From: Myxococcota bacterium | GTDB taxonomy: Bacteria; Myxococcota_A; Polyangia; Nannocystales; Nannocystaceae | Direction of reading: 5' to 3' | Length of the DNA stretch: 64,000 nt | Assembly: GCA_039028615.1 (NCBI GenBank) | Contig: JBCCHT010000001.1 | Span: 96,001 to 160,000 of the forward strand | Part shown: in pieces, positions 10,190 through 22,838 of the stretch | Numbering within the stretch: the stretch's first letter is position 1 | Layout: every line of letters begins with the position of its first letter | Position numbers and translations under genes: made by a program | Notes under the pieces: generated by a model | The model's input: the letters and a program-made list of their open reading frames with translations, nothing else | What the model was told of the DNA's origin: nothing | Database searches by the model: none

Positions 10190-10326
10190 CGCCCCTTGAT
10201 TGCGACGAGCGCGAGTGGCGAGTCAAGGGCCGACGGGGACAGGCCGAGCAAGCCATGAGCGAAAACCGCACCTGAGAGTAATCTCTGCCCCGGGCCAGGC
10301 CCGATCCTGCTAGCCTCCCGCCCGCC

Positions 10327-11733
10327 ATGAGCTCGAAACAAGCCAACCGGATCGAGACCGACAGCATGGGGGAGATCGAGGTCCCCGCCGACCGCTACTG
10401 GGGCGCCCAGACCCAGCGCTCTCTGCATCACTTCAGCATCGGCAACGACCACTTTCCCCGCGCGATGATCCGCGCCCTCGGCTTGCTCAAGAAGGCCGCC
10501 GCCCTCACCAACGGCGACCTCGAGACGCTGCCCAAAGAGACGGTCGACCTGGTGAGCCGCGCCGCCGACGAGGTCATCGAGGGCAAGCTCGACGACCACT
10601 TCCCCTTGTTCGTGTGGCAGACCGGCAGCGGTACCCAGACCAACATGAACAGCAACGAGGTGATCGCCAACCGAGCCATCGAGCTGGCCGGGGGTGAGCT
10701 GGGCAGCAAGACGCCCGTGCACCCCAACGATCACGTCAACCGCGGGCAGTCCTCGAACGACACCTTCCCCACCGCCATGCACATCGCGGCGGCGGAGCAG
10801 ACGGTACACGCGCTACTGCCCAGCCTGCAGCGGCTGCGCGACGCGCTGCAGGCCAAGTCCGAGGCGTTCGCCGACGTGGTGAAGATCGGCCGTACCCACC
10901 TGCAAGACGCCACGCCGGTCACGCTCGGCCAAGAGCTGTCCGGGCACGTGTCGCAGCTCGACCACGCCCGCGCCGCCGTCGAGGCGCTGCTGCCCCAAGT
11001 GTACGAGCTGGCCCTCGGCGGCACCGCAGTCGGCACCGGGCTCAACACCCACGCCGAGTATGCCGAGCGCAGCGCCGCTCGCATCGCCGAGCTCACCGGG
11101 CTGCCCTTCGTGACCGCGCCCAACAAGTTCGCCGCCCTGGCCGCCCACGACGCCCTGGTGCTGCTGCACGGCACGTTCAAGAACCTGGCCGGCGCCCTGC
11201 ACAAGATCGCCAACGACGTCCGCTGGCTGGCCTCGGGCCCGCGCTGCGGCATCGGCGAGATCAAGATCCCCGAGAACGAGCCGGGCTCGTCGATCATGCC
11301 GGGCAAGGTCAACCCCACCCAGTGCGAGGCGCTCACCATGGTCTGCGCCCAGGTGATGGGTAACGACGTGGCCGTCAGCGTCGGTGGTATGAGCGGGAAC
11401 TTCGAGCTCAACGTCTACAAGCCGCTCATCATCCACAACGTGCTGCACTCGGCGCGCATCCTCGCCGACAGCATGGACAACTTCCGCCGCTTCTGCGCCG
11501 AGGGCATCGAGCCCAACCGCGAGCGCATCGACCAGAACCTGCGCGACAGCCTCATGCTGGTCACCGCGCTCAACCCCCACATCGGCTACGACAAGGCGGC
11601 CAAGATCGCCAAGAAGGCCTATGTGGACGGCACCACCCTCGAGGCGGCCGCGGTGGAGCTCGGCTACCTGACCTCCGAGCAATTCGCCCAGTGGGTCGAC
11701 CCCAGCAAGATGGTCGGACCCTCCAAGGACTGA
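10327..11733 (+). CDS. fumC: class II fumarate hydratase
   Basis: [44 protein letters not shown]. Confidence 0.98.
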   Translation: MSSKQANRIETDSMGEIEVPADRYWGAQTQRSLHHFSIGNDHFPRAMIRALGLLKKAAALTNGDLETLPKETVDLVSRAADEVIEGKLDDHFPLFVWQTGSGTQTNMNSNEVIANRAIELAGGELGSKTPVHPNDHVNRGQSSNDTFPTAMHIAAAEQTVHALLPSLQRLRDALQAKSEAFADVVKIGRTHLQDATPVTLGQELSGHVSQLDHARAAVEALLPQVYELALGGTAVGTGLNTHAEYAERSAARIAELTGLPFVTAPNKFAALAAHDALVLLHGTFKNLAGALHKIANDVRWLASGPRCGIGEIKIPENEPGSSIMPGKVNPTQCEALTMVCAQVMGNDVAVSVGGMSGNFELNVYKPLIIHNVLHSARILADSMDNFRRFCAEGIEPNRERIDQNLRDSLMLVTALNPHIGYDKAAKIAKKAYVDGTTLEAAAVELGYLTSEQFAQWVDPSKMVGPSKD

Positions 11734-11737
11734 GCCC

Positions 11738-13774
<2,037 letters not shown>

Positions 13775-13787
13775 GCCGGCCGACACC

Positions 13788-13976
13788 ATGGGAGAGGACG
13801 TCGACGTCACTTGCCCCTGGTGCGGCGAACACCTGTCGATGTGGGTCGACGCAGACGCTCGCGGTTCCTTCGTCCAGGACTGCGAGGTCTGCTGTCGCCC
13901 GTGGCTGGTCCAGGTGAGCTGGGACCTCGACGACCACGGCCAAGCTCGCTGCCAGGCCTGGGTGCAGCGCTCCTGA
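13788..13976 (+). CDS. CPXCG-motif small Cys-rich protein
   Basis: CPWCGE ... QDCEVCCRP. Confidence 0.88.
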   Translation: MGEDVDVTCPWCGEHLSMWVDADARGSFVQDCEVCCRPWLVQVSWDLDDHGQARCQAWVQRS

Positions 13977-14001
13977 CGGCAGCGCGGTGTTATGGTGAGG
14001 C

Positions 14002-14637
14002 GTGGCTCGGCTCCACCACGTCAGTCGACAGCAGCTGGCCCAGGCTCGTGCCTCGACGCCGATGCCCAAGGTCGGCGCGCCCTCCTGGAAGCCGGCCCGG
14101 CCCCGCACCGAGGGCGCCGGCCTGCGCCCCTGGTTCGACCTCACCCCGCGCTCGCCCTCCATCGATAGCCGGGTGGGTGCCAACGACGTCGAGCTCAGCG
14201 CCACGCTGGCGACCTTCGGCGGCGTGACCGAGCCCGGCCCTGGTGCCACGGGTCCCGACGATGGCGCGGAGCGGCCTCCCGTGATCCTGGGCGGCAACCC
14301 GGTCGCGCCGGGAACCCCCGCGGGCCCCATCGAGCACCGCTCCCGACAGTGCACCGTTCGCGTGCGGGTGTCGGCCGAAGGCCTGAGCCGCGGGCGCCAG
14401 TGCCTGCTGCTCGCGGCCCTGGCTGCGCTGGGTCACCCCGAGCGACCCCACTACGTGCAGGTCCTGCTCGGGGAGACCGTCCTCGGCGAAGACCTCATCA
14501 CGGGCGACGACCGCGTGGGCGTCCTGTTCGATGTACCCGACGATGGACGCCTCGCCCTCGACTTGTGGCTACGACTCGCGGCGAGCGAAGTCGGGGCTCG
14601 GCTCGGGGTGTGGGGCGTGCAAGGGCACCTCCTGTAA
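14002..14637 (+). CDS. hypothetical protein
   Basis: Open frame with GC3-rich codons, preceded by TATGGT; no recognised motif. Confidence 0.5.
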   Translation: MARLHHVSRQQLAQARASTPMPKVGAPSWKPARPRTEGAGLRPWFDLTPRSPSIDSRVGANDVELSATLATFGGVTEPGPGATGPDDGAERPPVILGGNPVAPGTPAGPIEHRSRQCTVRVRVSAEGLSRGRQCLLLAALAALGHPERPHYVQVLLGETVLGEDLITGDDRVGVLFDVPDDGRLALDLWLRLAASEVGARLGVWGVQGHLL

Positions 14638-16440
14638 CGAGCGGGCCGCACGGGCAAAGGGAGCGAGCGGGTTGTCGATCGGCCCCGCGAACTGAAGGCT
14701 GGAGCTCGGATCGCTGAGGTCCAGCAGCTGACGACGACAGCGGAGCTGAAGGCGATTGGAGCACGACAGCTCGAACCGCGGCACGAACAGGCTGTCGCGC
14801 TCGAACGCGGCCTGCGACGCAGGATGCTCGTCCAGGTAGGCCCAGATGGCCTCCGCTACCAAGCGCCAGAACTCGGCCTGAGGAACGCCCGCGTCCCGGG
14901 CCGCAATGGGGGCCAAGAACCGAAAGAAGCAATCGAAGACGTCCATGAAGAAGGCCTGATTGCGCAGCGCGGGCGGGATGTGGATGCCCACCCGTCGGAC
15001 CTCGGGCGGCAGCCGCTCCGCGCCCTCGAACACCGCGATCTCTTCCGCGATGTCCTTCATGAACACCCGCACGGGGAGGCCGTCGCGCAGGACCAGGATG
15101 GTGTTCTCGCCGTGCGGCATGAACACCAGCGAGTGCACGTAGTAGCAGTGCACCAGCGGGACCAGGTAGGCACGAAGGTAACGACGCAGCCAATCGGCGC
15201 CCGAGCGGCCGCTGCGACGAACCAACGCGCCGAGCATCGAGGCGCCGCCCTGGTCGCGATGCAACAGCGCGGCCATGGTGACGAGCTGCTCGCCATCTTC
15301 GATGCGCGTCCGGGGGCTCTCGCGCCACAGGGCGGCCAGCATCTTGTTGTGCGGGCTGCTGCGAGGACCAGCGCGTTCGAAGGTCGGGCTGCGATAGCCC
15401 ACCGTGGCGACCTCGCGCAGGATCCCGAAGCCTAGCCGACGAAGGGTCGGATCCTCGCGCACGAGCTCGTCGACCCACTCGTTGATCGCGGGCGTCCCCT
15501 CCATGTAGTAGGGCGAAAGACCCCGCACGAACCCCATGTTCACGATGCTCAACGCAGTCTTGACGTAGTGACGCCGGGGGTGGCTGAGGTTGTATGCGGT
15601 ACGGATGCTCTGCTGCGGCTGGTAGTGGTCGTCTCCCTCGCCCAGCACCACCAGGTCGCGACGGGCGATGTCGCCGGCGAACAAAAAGCACAGGCGGTTG
15701 CGCCACTGCCAGGGATGGACCGGAATCAGCACATAGCGAGCCCCTGGCCGCCCTTGCGCTCGAATGGCGGCATCGAAGCGGGCTCGGGTGTCCAGGCCCA
15801 GCTCCTCACGCAAGAGCCCTTCGTAGTCGAGCGACGCCACGCTGTGGAAGGCGGCGTGGCGGCTCGAGGCGGCGAGCCACATCATCCGCATCGTGGTCGC
15901 GGCCTCGGGCGCGTGACGTCGATAGTCATCGACGTCGAAACCCAAGCGCCCCGCATTGACCACGAAGCACGGATGCCCCGCCGTCATCGAGGTCTCCACG
16001 TCCTGGAACGAGCCCCGCGCCAACGCGTCGGCATCGAAGCGCTGACGCCCGTCTTTGTACGCGTCGGCGAACAGGCATGCGCTCAGCTCCTCGAGGTATC
16101 CCGACAGCGCGTCCGCGGGTAGGCCCAGGCGCTCGCGGAAATCGAGCACGAACTGCTGGCAATCGAGCGGCGTGGGCTCGCCGTCGTGGACGCGGGTGAT
16201 CGAGTCCGGCTCCACTTCCCAGTGGTCGAGCAACCAGCGTGCGGCCGCGAACTCGTAGCGCACCCCGGGATCGTCACCGACCAGTTCGAATCGAGGGTCA
16301 CCATCACCGAGCCCGCGAGGCTCCAGCAACCGCTCGTGCGACAGCTCGGCCAGCATCTTCGCCATCAACCTTCGCGTGACCCGTGCCCAACGCTCGGGAG
16401 CGAGATGCTCGACCGCATCGACCTCTCGACGTCCGTTCAT
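14569..16440 (-). CDS. NIS siderophore synthetase, IucA/IucC family (DesD/AlcC-like), copy 1
   Basis: MTAGHPCFVVNAGRLGF, IPVHPWQW, QQSIRT, YVKTALSI, FMPHGEN, FMKDIAEE. Confidence 0.93.
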   Translation of the reverse strand: MNGRREVDAVEHLAPERWARVTRRLMAKMLAELSHERLLEPRGLGDGDPRFELVGDDPGVRYEFAAARWLLDHWEVEPDSITRVHDGEPTPLDCQQFVLDFRERLGLPADALSGYLEELSACLFADAYKDGRQRFDADALARGSFQDVETSMTAGHPCFVVNAGRLGFDVDDYRRHAPEAATTMRMMWLAASSRHAAFHSVASLDYEGLLREELGLDTRARFDAAIRAQGRPGARYVLIPVHPWQWRNRLCFLFAGDIARRDLVVLGEGDDHYQPQQSIRTAYNLSHPRRHYVKTALSIVNMGFVRGLSPYYMEGTPAINEWVDELVREDPTLRRLGFGILREVATVGYRSPTFERAGPRSSPHNKMLAALWRESPRTRIEDGEQLVTMAALLHRDQGGASMLGALVRRSGRSGADWLRRYLRAYLVPLVHCYYVHSLVFMPHGENTILVLRDGLPVRVFMKDIAEEIAVFEGAERLPPEVRRVGIHIPPALRNQAFFMDVFDCFFRFLAPIAARDAGVPQAEFWRLVAEAIWAYLDEHPASQAAFERDSLFVPRFELSCSNRLQLRCRRQLLDLSDPSSSLQFAGPIDNPLAPFARAARSLQEVPLHAPHPEPSPDFARRES

Positions 16441-16457
16441 AACGGATGACTATATTT

Positions 16458-16476
16458 GATATTGAAAATCAAAACC
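16458..16476. promoter_or_regulatory. Fur-box-like site 1
   Basis: GATATTGAAAATCAAAACC, 14/19 match to GATAATGATAATCATTATC, in the AT-rich divergent promoter. Confidence 0.7.
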
Positions 16477-16569
16477 ATCCAACACAAAGAAACGGATTTC
16501 GTTCCAAACTTCGTTTTAATGTCACAAACCATGTTCAATGAGTTCTCTCAATTTTGAATTATGCCATTT

Positions 16570-16588
16570 GATTTTGATTTTAATTTTC
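16570..16588. promoter_or_regulatory. Fur-box-like site 2
   Basis: GATTTTGATTTTAATTTTC, 13/19 match to Fur consensus, about 40 nt before the methyltransferase start. Confidence 0.6.
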
Positions 16589-16628
16589 AAATCGTACAGA
16601 CTGCGCCGCATTGAGGACGCCTTTTCTC

Positions 16629-17345
16629 ATGGACAACCGCGGCTCATTCGTTTCCGGCCTGGACACTCGATTCCGTCAGTTCTGCGAGACCTATTGCGCA
16701 GAGCCCTGCGTCGTCGAAGTCGCGGGCCTCGATCTCATCATCCATCCCCGCGTGTTCCGGGCCGAGGGCGCCTCCACCACGGCGACCTTGATCGAAGCCC
16801 TCGGTCACCCCGAGGGGCAGCGAGTGCTCGACATGGGGTGCGGCACGGGCATCGTCGGCATCCTCGCCGCCCAGAGAGGCGCGCGCTCGGTGGTGCTGGC
16901 CGACCGCTGTCAGCACGCGGTCGACAACGCCCGCGCCAACGTCGTGCACCACCAGCTTCAAGAGCGCTGTGAGGTCCGGCAGTCGGATCTGTTCACCTCC
17001 ATCGAGGGCACCTTCGACCTCATCGTGTTCAACATCCCGTTCCTCTATGCGGAGCACGAAAACGAGATCGAGCTTCCCGCCCCCGAGCACCTCGCCGACG
17101 CCTTACCCCCGCGAGAAGCGTTCGCCGACGTCGGCTACCGGATGATCCGAGCCTTCATGTCGGGCGCCAAAGGGCACCTCGCCCCCGACGGAGCCATTCG
17201 CTGCACCTTCGCCAGCTTCGGCAACCAAGAGGTCTTCGACGCGATTTTGCAGGACGAAGGGCTCACCCGCCGCACCGTCGCATCGCGGGTCGAGGCTCAG
17301 TACGGCCTCGAGTACCTCGCCTACGAGATCCGCCGCGCTCGCTGA
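16629..17345 (+). CDS. class I SAM-dependent methyltransferase (HemK/PrmC-like)
   Basis: VLDMGCGTG motif I; FDLIVFNIPF at the NPPY position. Confidence 0.88.
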   Translation: MDNRGSFVSGLDTRFRQFCETYCAEPCVVEVAGLDLIIHPRVFRAEGASTTATLIEALGHPEGQRVLDMGCGTGIVGILAAQRGARSVVLADRCQHAVDNARANVVHHQLQERCEVRQSDLFTSIEGTFDLIVFNIPFLYAEHENEIELPAPEHLADALPPREAFADVGYRMIRAFMSGAKGHLAPDGAIRCTFASFGNQEVFDAILQDEGLTRRTVASRVEAQYGLEYLAYEIRRAR

Positions 17346-17363
17346 ACCACCACGAGTCCAGCC

Positions 17364-18680
17364 ATGTTCACGCTCCAGTCTCCCCTCACCCCCCTGTTCC
17401 CCTCCCTGCTGGGAGTCCTTGGGCTCCTCGCGGCCGGCTGCACCGACGACGTCGGTGACGACTCCACGACCGCGGCTCAAGACGGCGGCACCACACCGAG
17501 CAGCGTCGACGACTCGGCCTCCGAGACCGCGGCGGCCGAGACCGAGCAAGAGCCCAGCCCCTCCGGCTATGCGCTCGGCTCGGTCGTCATCTCCGACGCC
17601 GGCCGCACCACCTACGTCTCGTTCTTCGACGATCTGCAGGGTCACAAGGACAACGGCTCGGGCATCGAGGTACCCGGGAACGCGGAGTTCTTCGCGCAGG
17701 GGCGCTCGATCTACATCGGTCTCAACGAAGAGCCGACCTGGGTGAAGTACGACGTCGACGAGCAAGGGCGGTTCACCGAGAGCGGCCGCATGAGCTTCGC
17801 CTCCTTCGGCCTGGGCGCCATCGACTACGGCAACGCCTTCGTCGACGAGACCACCGCGGTCTCGATCTCCTCGACCGCACTGCTCGCCATCGTGTGGGAC
17901 CCCCAGACCATGACGATCACGGGCACGGTCGAGCTTCCCCACCTCGCTCGCGACGGTTTCCTGCTCGAGAACTGGACCACGAACGTCGGCCCGGACGGGC
18001 GCGTGTACATCCCCGCCCGCTGGGGCAACTGGGAGACCCCCGCGATCCACCCCCAGGTCATGACGACGATCTTCGACCCGCATGCGCTCGAGATCGTCGG
18101 CGTGGCCGAAGACGACCGCTGCGCGAGCGGGGGCCGGATCGTCTTCGACGCCGATGGCTACGGGTACGTCCTCGGCGACGGTCGAAACTACTCGATCCAG
18201 ATGATCGCCAACTCCATGGGCGCCCCCGCGCCCGAGAACTGCCTGCTGCGGATCCCCCCGGGCGGCACCGACTTCGAAGAGGGATTCCACGTCACGATTC
18301 CCAGCCTCACGGGCGGCCTCGAGGCGATCACCGAGCTCGAGACGGCGCAGCAGGGCTCGGGGGTCGGCTTCACCAAGATCTTCCACCCCGACATGCTCCC
18401 CGAGGGCGTCGAGCCGGTCGACTTTTCGTTCTGGGATCACAACGCGCACCAGCTGTGGCGGATCGAGCTCGGCGACGAGCCCCAGGCCGTGCCGGTCGTC
18501 GGTGCCCCCTTCTCGACCGTCGGGTTCGCGGGCGCCCCCATCGAGGGCACGCTCTACGTCGGCGAGAGCCTCGACGGCGGAGCGACCTCGGACGTGTACG
18601 CCGTCGATCCGGTCACGAACACGATGGAGGTGAGCTTCTCGATGGATGGCTATTTCTACGGAGTCTACGCGCTCGACTGA
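17364..18680 (+). CDS. MxcI-like / DUF4374-like iron-associated lipoprotein
   Basis: Lipobox AAGC; beta-propeller-like body with WDPQTM and DDRCASGGRIVFD motifs recalled from myxobacterial MxcI-type proteins; siderophore context. Confidence 0.6.
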   Translation: MFTLQSPLTPLFPSLLGVLGLLAAGCTDDVGDDSTTAAQDGGTTPSSVDDSASETAAAETEQEPSPSGYALGSVVISDAGRTTYVSFFDDLQGHKDNGSGIEVPGNAEFFAQGRSIYIGLNEEPTWVKYDVDEQGRFTESGRMSFASFGLGAIDYGNAFVDETTAVSISSTALLAIVWDPQTMTITGTVELPHLARDGFLLENWTTNVGPDGRVYIPARWGNWETPAIHPQVMTTIFDPHALEIVGVAEDDRCASGGRIVFDADGYGYVLGDGRNYSIQMIANSMGAPAPENCLLRIPPGGTDFEEGFHVTIPSLTGGLEAITELETAQQGSGVGFTKIFHPDMLPEGVEPVDFSFWDHNAHQLWRIELGDEPQAVPVVGAPFSTVGFAGAPIEGTLYVGESLDGGATSDVYAVDPVTNTMEVSFSMDGYFYGVYALD

Positions 18681-18719
18681 GACGCGGAGCACACGGCAGG
18701 TCTGGAAGGTACGGCTGCG

Positions 18720-20309
18720 ATGCACAGTCCCCAACACGTCCCGTCTTCCAAACCCGAGCCCACGGAGGCGGACGAACGTCCGGCCGTGCGCGAGGTCTTT
18801 GGTGATGCCCTGTGGACCGGCTGCGACGATGGCCTCGCCCGCCTCGCCCGCGAGCTGTCACCGAGCGAACTCGGCTCCTTCGCGCGTGAGCAGGGCGGCC
18901 CCTTGCCCGCGGGTACGGCCGAGCAGGTGCTCGAGGCGGCGATCGCCCAGCTGGGCCGCCGCGAGGTCCCCGAGATCGGCATGGGCGAGCGCGCCGCGCT
19001 TCAGCTGGTCAACGACGTGCTCGCCCGCTACGGCCTCGATCTGACGCACCCGGCCTCGATCGCCCATCTTCAGCCGCCATCGCTCGCCCTGGCCACCGCC
19101 GCCGACACCCTCGCGAGCGTGGTCAATGCCTCGGTCGATACCTTCGACTCGGGGCCCTCCGCGGTGGCCATCGAGCGCTGGGTGATCACGGCGCTGGCCG
19201 AGATGGCCGGCTTCGGTTCGAAGGCCGATGGGGTGATGACCCCGGGCGGCTCCGTCTCCAACCTCCTGGGGTTGCTGCTCGCGCGTGACTCGGCGGCGGC
19301 GCGCCAGGGGGTCGATGCTCGCCGGGCCGGCGTGGCCTCCATCCCCGATGCGGTCGTGCTCTGCTCCGAGCTGGCCCACTTCTCGGTGCATCGCGCCTGC
19401 TCGGCCCTCGGCCTGGGCGAGGACGCGGTGGTGACCGTCCCCTGTGACGACGCGCGACGCATGGACGCGGGAGCGCTCCAGCAGACGATGCGAGTCATCG
19501 AGCGCCGCAGCACCCCCGTCGCCATCGTGGCGACCGCAGGGACCACCGATTTCGGCTCCGTCGACCCCCTCCCCGAGCTGTCTGCGATCGCGCGACGACA
19601 CGGGGTCTGGCTGCATGTCGACGCCGCCTATGGCTTCGGCGCCCTGTTCTCCAACCGCCTCGCATCACGGGTCCAGGGCCTCGCCCTGGCCGACTCGGTG
19701 ACCCTCGATCTGCACAAGCTGGGCTGGCAGCCCGCCGCAGCCAGCGTGTTGCTGGTGGCCGAGCCGCGCTCGTTTGCGGCGGTCGAGCGCCACGTCGACT
19801 ACCTCAACCCGCGCGACGACGCCGAGGCTGGCTACGTGGGCCTGCTCGGCCGCAGCCTCCAGACGACGCGGCGCGCCGACGCGGTCAAGGTCGCGGCCAC
19901 CCTCCTGGGCTTCGGGCGCGCGCGCCTGGGGCGAATGGTCGACGCCTGCCACGACCTGGCTCGCCACGCGCAAGCGCGCATCGAGGCCGACGACGAGCTG
20001 GAGCTCGTCGCGGGTGCGGAGCTCACCACGGTGGTGTTCCGCCTCCGCCCGCCGTCGCTCGAGGACCGCCCATGGACCCCCGCCGACCTCGATGGTCTTC
20101 ACGCCGAAGTACGCCGTCGGCTGCTCGAGTCGGGCGATGCCGTCCTCGGGCGCACCACCGTCAACGACACGCACGGCGAGGCGAGGGTCTGCCTCAAGCT
20201 CACGCTGCTCAACCCTCGAACCCGCCCCTCCGACCTGGACCAGCTCCTCGATCGGGTCCTCGACACCGCCCGCGCTTGCGTGGCGTCGCGCTCGGAGCCA
20301 CGTCGATGA
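18720..20309 (+). CDS. PLP-dependent group II amino-acid decarboxylase (DesA-like)
   Basis: TPGGSVSN, ATAGTTDFGSVD, WLHVDAAYG, DLHK (PLP Lys), SLQTTRRAD. Confidence 0.9.
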   Translation: MHSPQHVPSSKPEPTEADERPAVREVFGDALWTGCDDGLARLARELSPSELGSFAREQGGPLPAGTAEQVLEAAIAQLGRREVPEIGMGERAALQLVNDVLARYGLDLTHPASIAHLQPPSLALATAADTLASVVNASVDTFDSGPSAVAIERWVITALAEMAGFGSKADGVMTPGGSVSNLLGLLLARDSAAARQGVDARRAGVASIPDAVVLCSELAHFSVHRACSALGLGEDAVVTVPCDDARRMDAGALQQTMRVIERRSTPVAIVATAGTTDFGSVDPLPELSAIARRHGVWLHVDAAYGFGALFSNRLASRVQGLALADSVTLDLHKLGWQPAAASVLLVAEPRSFAAVERHVDYLNPRDDAEAGYVGLLGRSLQTTRRADAVKVAATLLGFGRARLGRMVDACHDLARHAQARIEADDELELVAGAELTTVVFRLRPPSLEDRPWTPADLDGLHAEVRRRLLESGDAVLGRTTVNDTHGEARVCLKLTLLNPRTRPSDLDQLLDRVLDTARACVASRSEPRR

Positions 20310-21637
20310 AGCCGCTGTCGTCCTCCCCCCGCCCGCTCGACGTCCTGGCGATCGGCTGCGGCCCGTTCAACCTGGGGCTGGCCGCGCTCGGCTCGGGTCT
20401 GCCGGGGCTCCGCATGGCGACCGTGGACGCGCGCGACGAGCTGCGATGGCACCCCGGCCTGATGATCGACGATGCGCGGCTGCAGGTGGGATTCCTCGCC
20501 GACCTCGTCTCGCTGGTCGACCCCACTCACCCGCTGTCCTTCCTCGCGTACCTGCGCGACGTCGACCGCATGTACCCGTTCTACGTGCGCGAGCGCTTCC
20601 ACATGACGCGCGAGGAGTACCAGGACTATCTGCGGTGGGCCGCCCGCCGCTTGCCCACCGTCCACTTCGGTCGCCGCGTCGAGCGAGTGGAGCGCTCCGA
20701 GGACGGGCAGGCGTTCCACGTCGACATCGCGTCCGTCGACGGTACGGAGCAGGTCTGCGCCCGACATCTGGTGCTGGGCATCGGCACCGAAGCATGGGCC
20801 CCCGACTGCGTGCGTGACCTCGACCCGAGCTACTGGCTGCACTCGGGTGACTACCTGCACCGCCGCGACGACATCGCACGCGCCCGCCGGGTGACGGTGG
20901 TGGGCTCGGGGCAGTCGGGCGCCGAGGTCGTGCTCGATCTGCTTCGCCACCGCGACGGGCCCCACGTCGGCGTCAGCTGGCTCACCCGCACCTGTGCCTT
21001 CGCTCCGCTCGACTACACCAAGCTCGTGCTCGAGATGACCACGCCGGAGTACGTCACGTACTTCCACGGGCTACCCCGCGCGACCCGTGACGCGCTGGTG
21101 GCCGGCCAGTGGCGGCACTACAAGGGCATCTCGAGCGAGACCCTCGAGGAGATCCACGACCTGCTCTACCGCGGTGCGGTTCGCCACGGGCACCCCGACG
21201 TGGAGCTGCGGCACGGCGTCGAGATCGAGGCCTGCGATCCCATCCCCGAGGGAATCCGCATGCGATGCCGCCACCGCGAGTCGGGACAGATCCTGTGCCA
21301 CGACACCGACTTGATCATCGCCGCCACCGGGTACCGCCCCCGCTCGCCGAGCTTCCTCGAGCCGGTCATGAACGAGCTGTCCCGGGACGAGCTCGGGCGC
21401 TTCGTGGTGGACATCGACCACGCGATCGTCGGCGATGGACCTCCTACCGGTCGGATCTTCGTCGCCAACGCCGACACCCACTCCCACGGGGTCGCTGCGC
21501 CCGATCTCGGGATCGGTGCCTACCGCAACGCACGAATCCTCAACGCGGTGATGGGTCGCGAGGTGCATCGGTTGCCGCGCCGTACCGCGTTCACCTCCTT
21601 CGACCCCTCGCTGGCTCCGCGACGAAAGGCTTCCTGA
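20306..21637 (+). CDS. lysine/diamine N-hydroxylating flavin monooxygenase (DesB/AlcA/IucD-like)
   Basis: IGCGPFNLGLA, WHPGLM, VVGSGQSGAE, ATGY, HSHG; ATGA overlap with upstream gene. Confidence 0.92.
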   Translation: MKPLSSSPRPLDVLAIGCGPFNLGLAALGSGLPGLRMATVDARDELRWHPGLMIDDARLQVGFLADLVSLVDPTHPLSFLAYLRDVDRMYPFYVRERFHMTREEYQDYLRWAARRLPTVHFGRRVERVERSEDGQAFHVDIASVDGTEQVCARHLVLGIGTEAWAPDCVRDLDPSYWLHSGDYLHRRDDIARARRVTVVGSGQSGAEVVLDLLRHRDGPHVGVSWLTRTCAFAPLDYTKLVLEMTTPEYVTYFHGLPRATRDALVAGQWRHYKGISSETLEEIHDLLYRGAVRHGHPDVELRHGVEIEACDPIPEGIRMRCRHRESGQILCHDTDLIIAATGYRPRSPSFLEPVMNELSRDELGRFVVDIDHAIVGDGPPTGRIFVANADTHSHGVAAPDLGIGAYRNARILNAVMGREVHRLPRRTAFTSFDPSLAPRRKAS

Positions 21638-21638
21638 C

Positions 21639-22838
21639 ATGCCGGGTCCGAGTGCCTCCATCCAGCGCGACCTCCTCATCGGGACCACCGCCGTGGCGGT
21701 GGTCACCGACGCCACGCTGCTGCCCTTCTTCCCCGACATGTTCCGGGAATCGTTCGGCGTCGACGATCCGCGGCACGTGGGGATGTACCTCGCGGCGACC
21801 TGCCTGACCGTGATGCTGGTCTTGCCCGTGTGGGCCCGCATCGAGCGACGATGGTCGACCTTGCGCTTGCTGACGGTAGGGCAAGCCGGAGCGGGGGCCC
21901 TGGCCCTGGCCAGCTTCGCCGCGTCGTCGGTCGAAGTGTTCTGGGCCTGCTCGCTGGCCATGGTCACGTTCAAGGCGAGCTACCTGCTCGTCTATCCCTA
22001 CGTGATGCGCCTCGAGGACGAGTCCAACCACGAGCGCACCATCGGGCTGCTGACGGTCATCGTGCACCTGGGCGCGATTGCGGGGGCCACCATCGGCGGC
22101 TGGGTCCTCGAGCACTACGCCCCACGAGCGGGCTACCTCGTGATGGCGGCCGGCGACTTCGCGATGATGTTCGTTTCGATGGGCCTCGTGCGCCGCGGAG
22201 CCACCGTGCCGCAGCGCGAAGCCAAGACCCACGGCGAGGAGCGCTTCGACCCTCGCGTGGTCGCGCGAGCGCTGGCCAAGCTGGGCGCGGTGATGGCCGT
22301 CTTCTACTTCGCGGTCTTCATGGTCCGCCCATTCTTCGTCGCCTACTGGTCCACGCTGTCGGAGTCCGGCGGCGAGCTCGTCGCGGGCTGGGTCTTCTCG
22401 ATCCCCGCCTGGGCCTCGCTGGCCGCGCTGGCGTTGGATCGACGCCGCCCTCCCCGCCCGCGGAGCCTGTGGGCCTACCTCCCTCTCATCGGTCTCGGCC
22501 TCGCGCTCCAGTGCGTCCCTCAGCCTGCGGTCATCATCATCGGCCGCTTCGTATTCGGCTGGGGGGTGTTCAGGGCCATGGTCAAGCTCGACCTTGCCTT
22601 ATTCGCCACCAGCCCGCCCTCCCGCTACGCGCGGGACTTCAGTCGGATGAACCTCTGTCAGCAGGGGGGCGTGCTGGTGGCGTTCTATGCCGCGGGAGCG
22701 GCCGTGGCCGAGGGCGGGCTGGTCTGGCCCTTCTTCGTGGCCATCGGCGCCATGCTGCTCGTCGCCCTGGCCCACTTGGCCGTCGGGGCGGCGTATCGAC
22801 CCAAGCCCGTCCAGTCCCCCGTGGAGGCGAGCGTATGA
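21639..22838 (+). CDS. MFS transporter (probable siderophore exporter)
   Basis: About 12 hydrophobic segments, 399 aa, inside the operon. Confidence 0.8.
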   Translation: MPGPSASIQRDLLIGTTAVAVVTDATLLPFFPDMFRESFGVDDPRHVGMYLAATCLTVMLVLPVWARIERRWSTLRLLTVGQAGAGALALASFAASSVEVFWACSLAMVTFKASYLLVYPYVMRLEDESNHERTIGLLTVIVHLGAIAGATIGGWVLEHYAPRAGYLVMAAGDFAMMFVSMGLVRRGATVPQREAKTHGEERFDPRVVARALAKLGAVMAVFYFAVFMVRPFFVAYWSTLSESGGELVAGWVFSIPAWASLAALALDRRRPPRPRSLWAYLPLIGLGLALQCVPQPAVIIIGRFVFGWGVFRAMVKLDLALFATSPPSRYARDFSRMNLCQQGGVLVAFYAAGAAVAEGGLVWPFFVAIGAMLLVALAHLAVGAAYRPKPVQSPVEASV

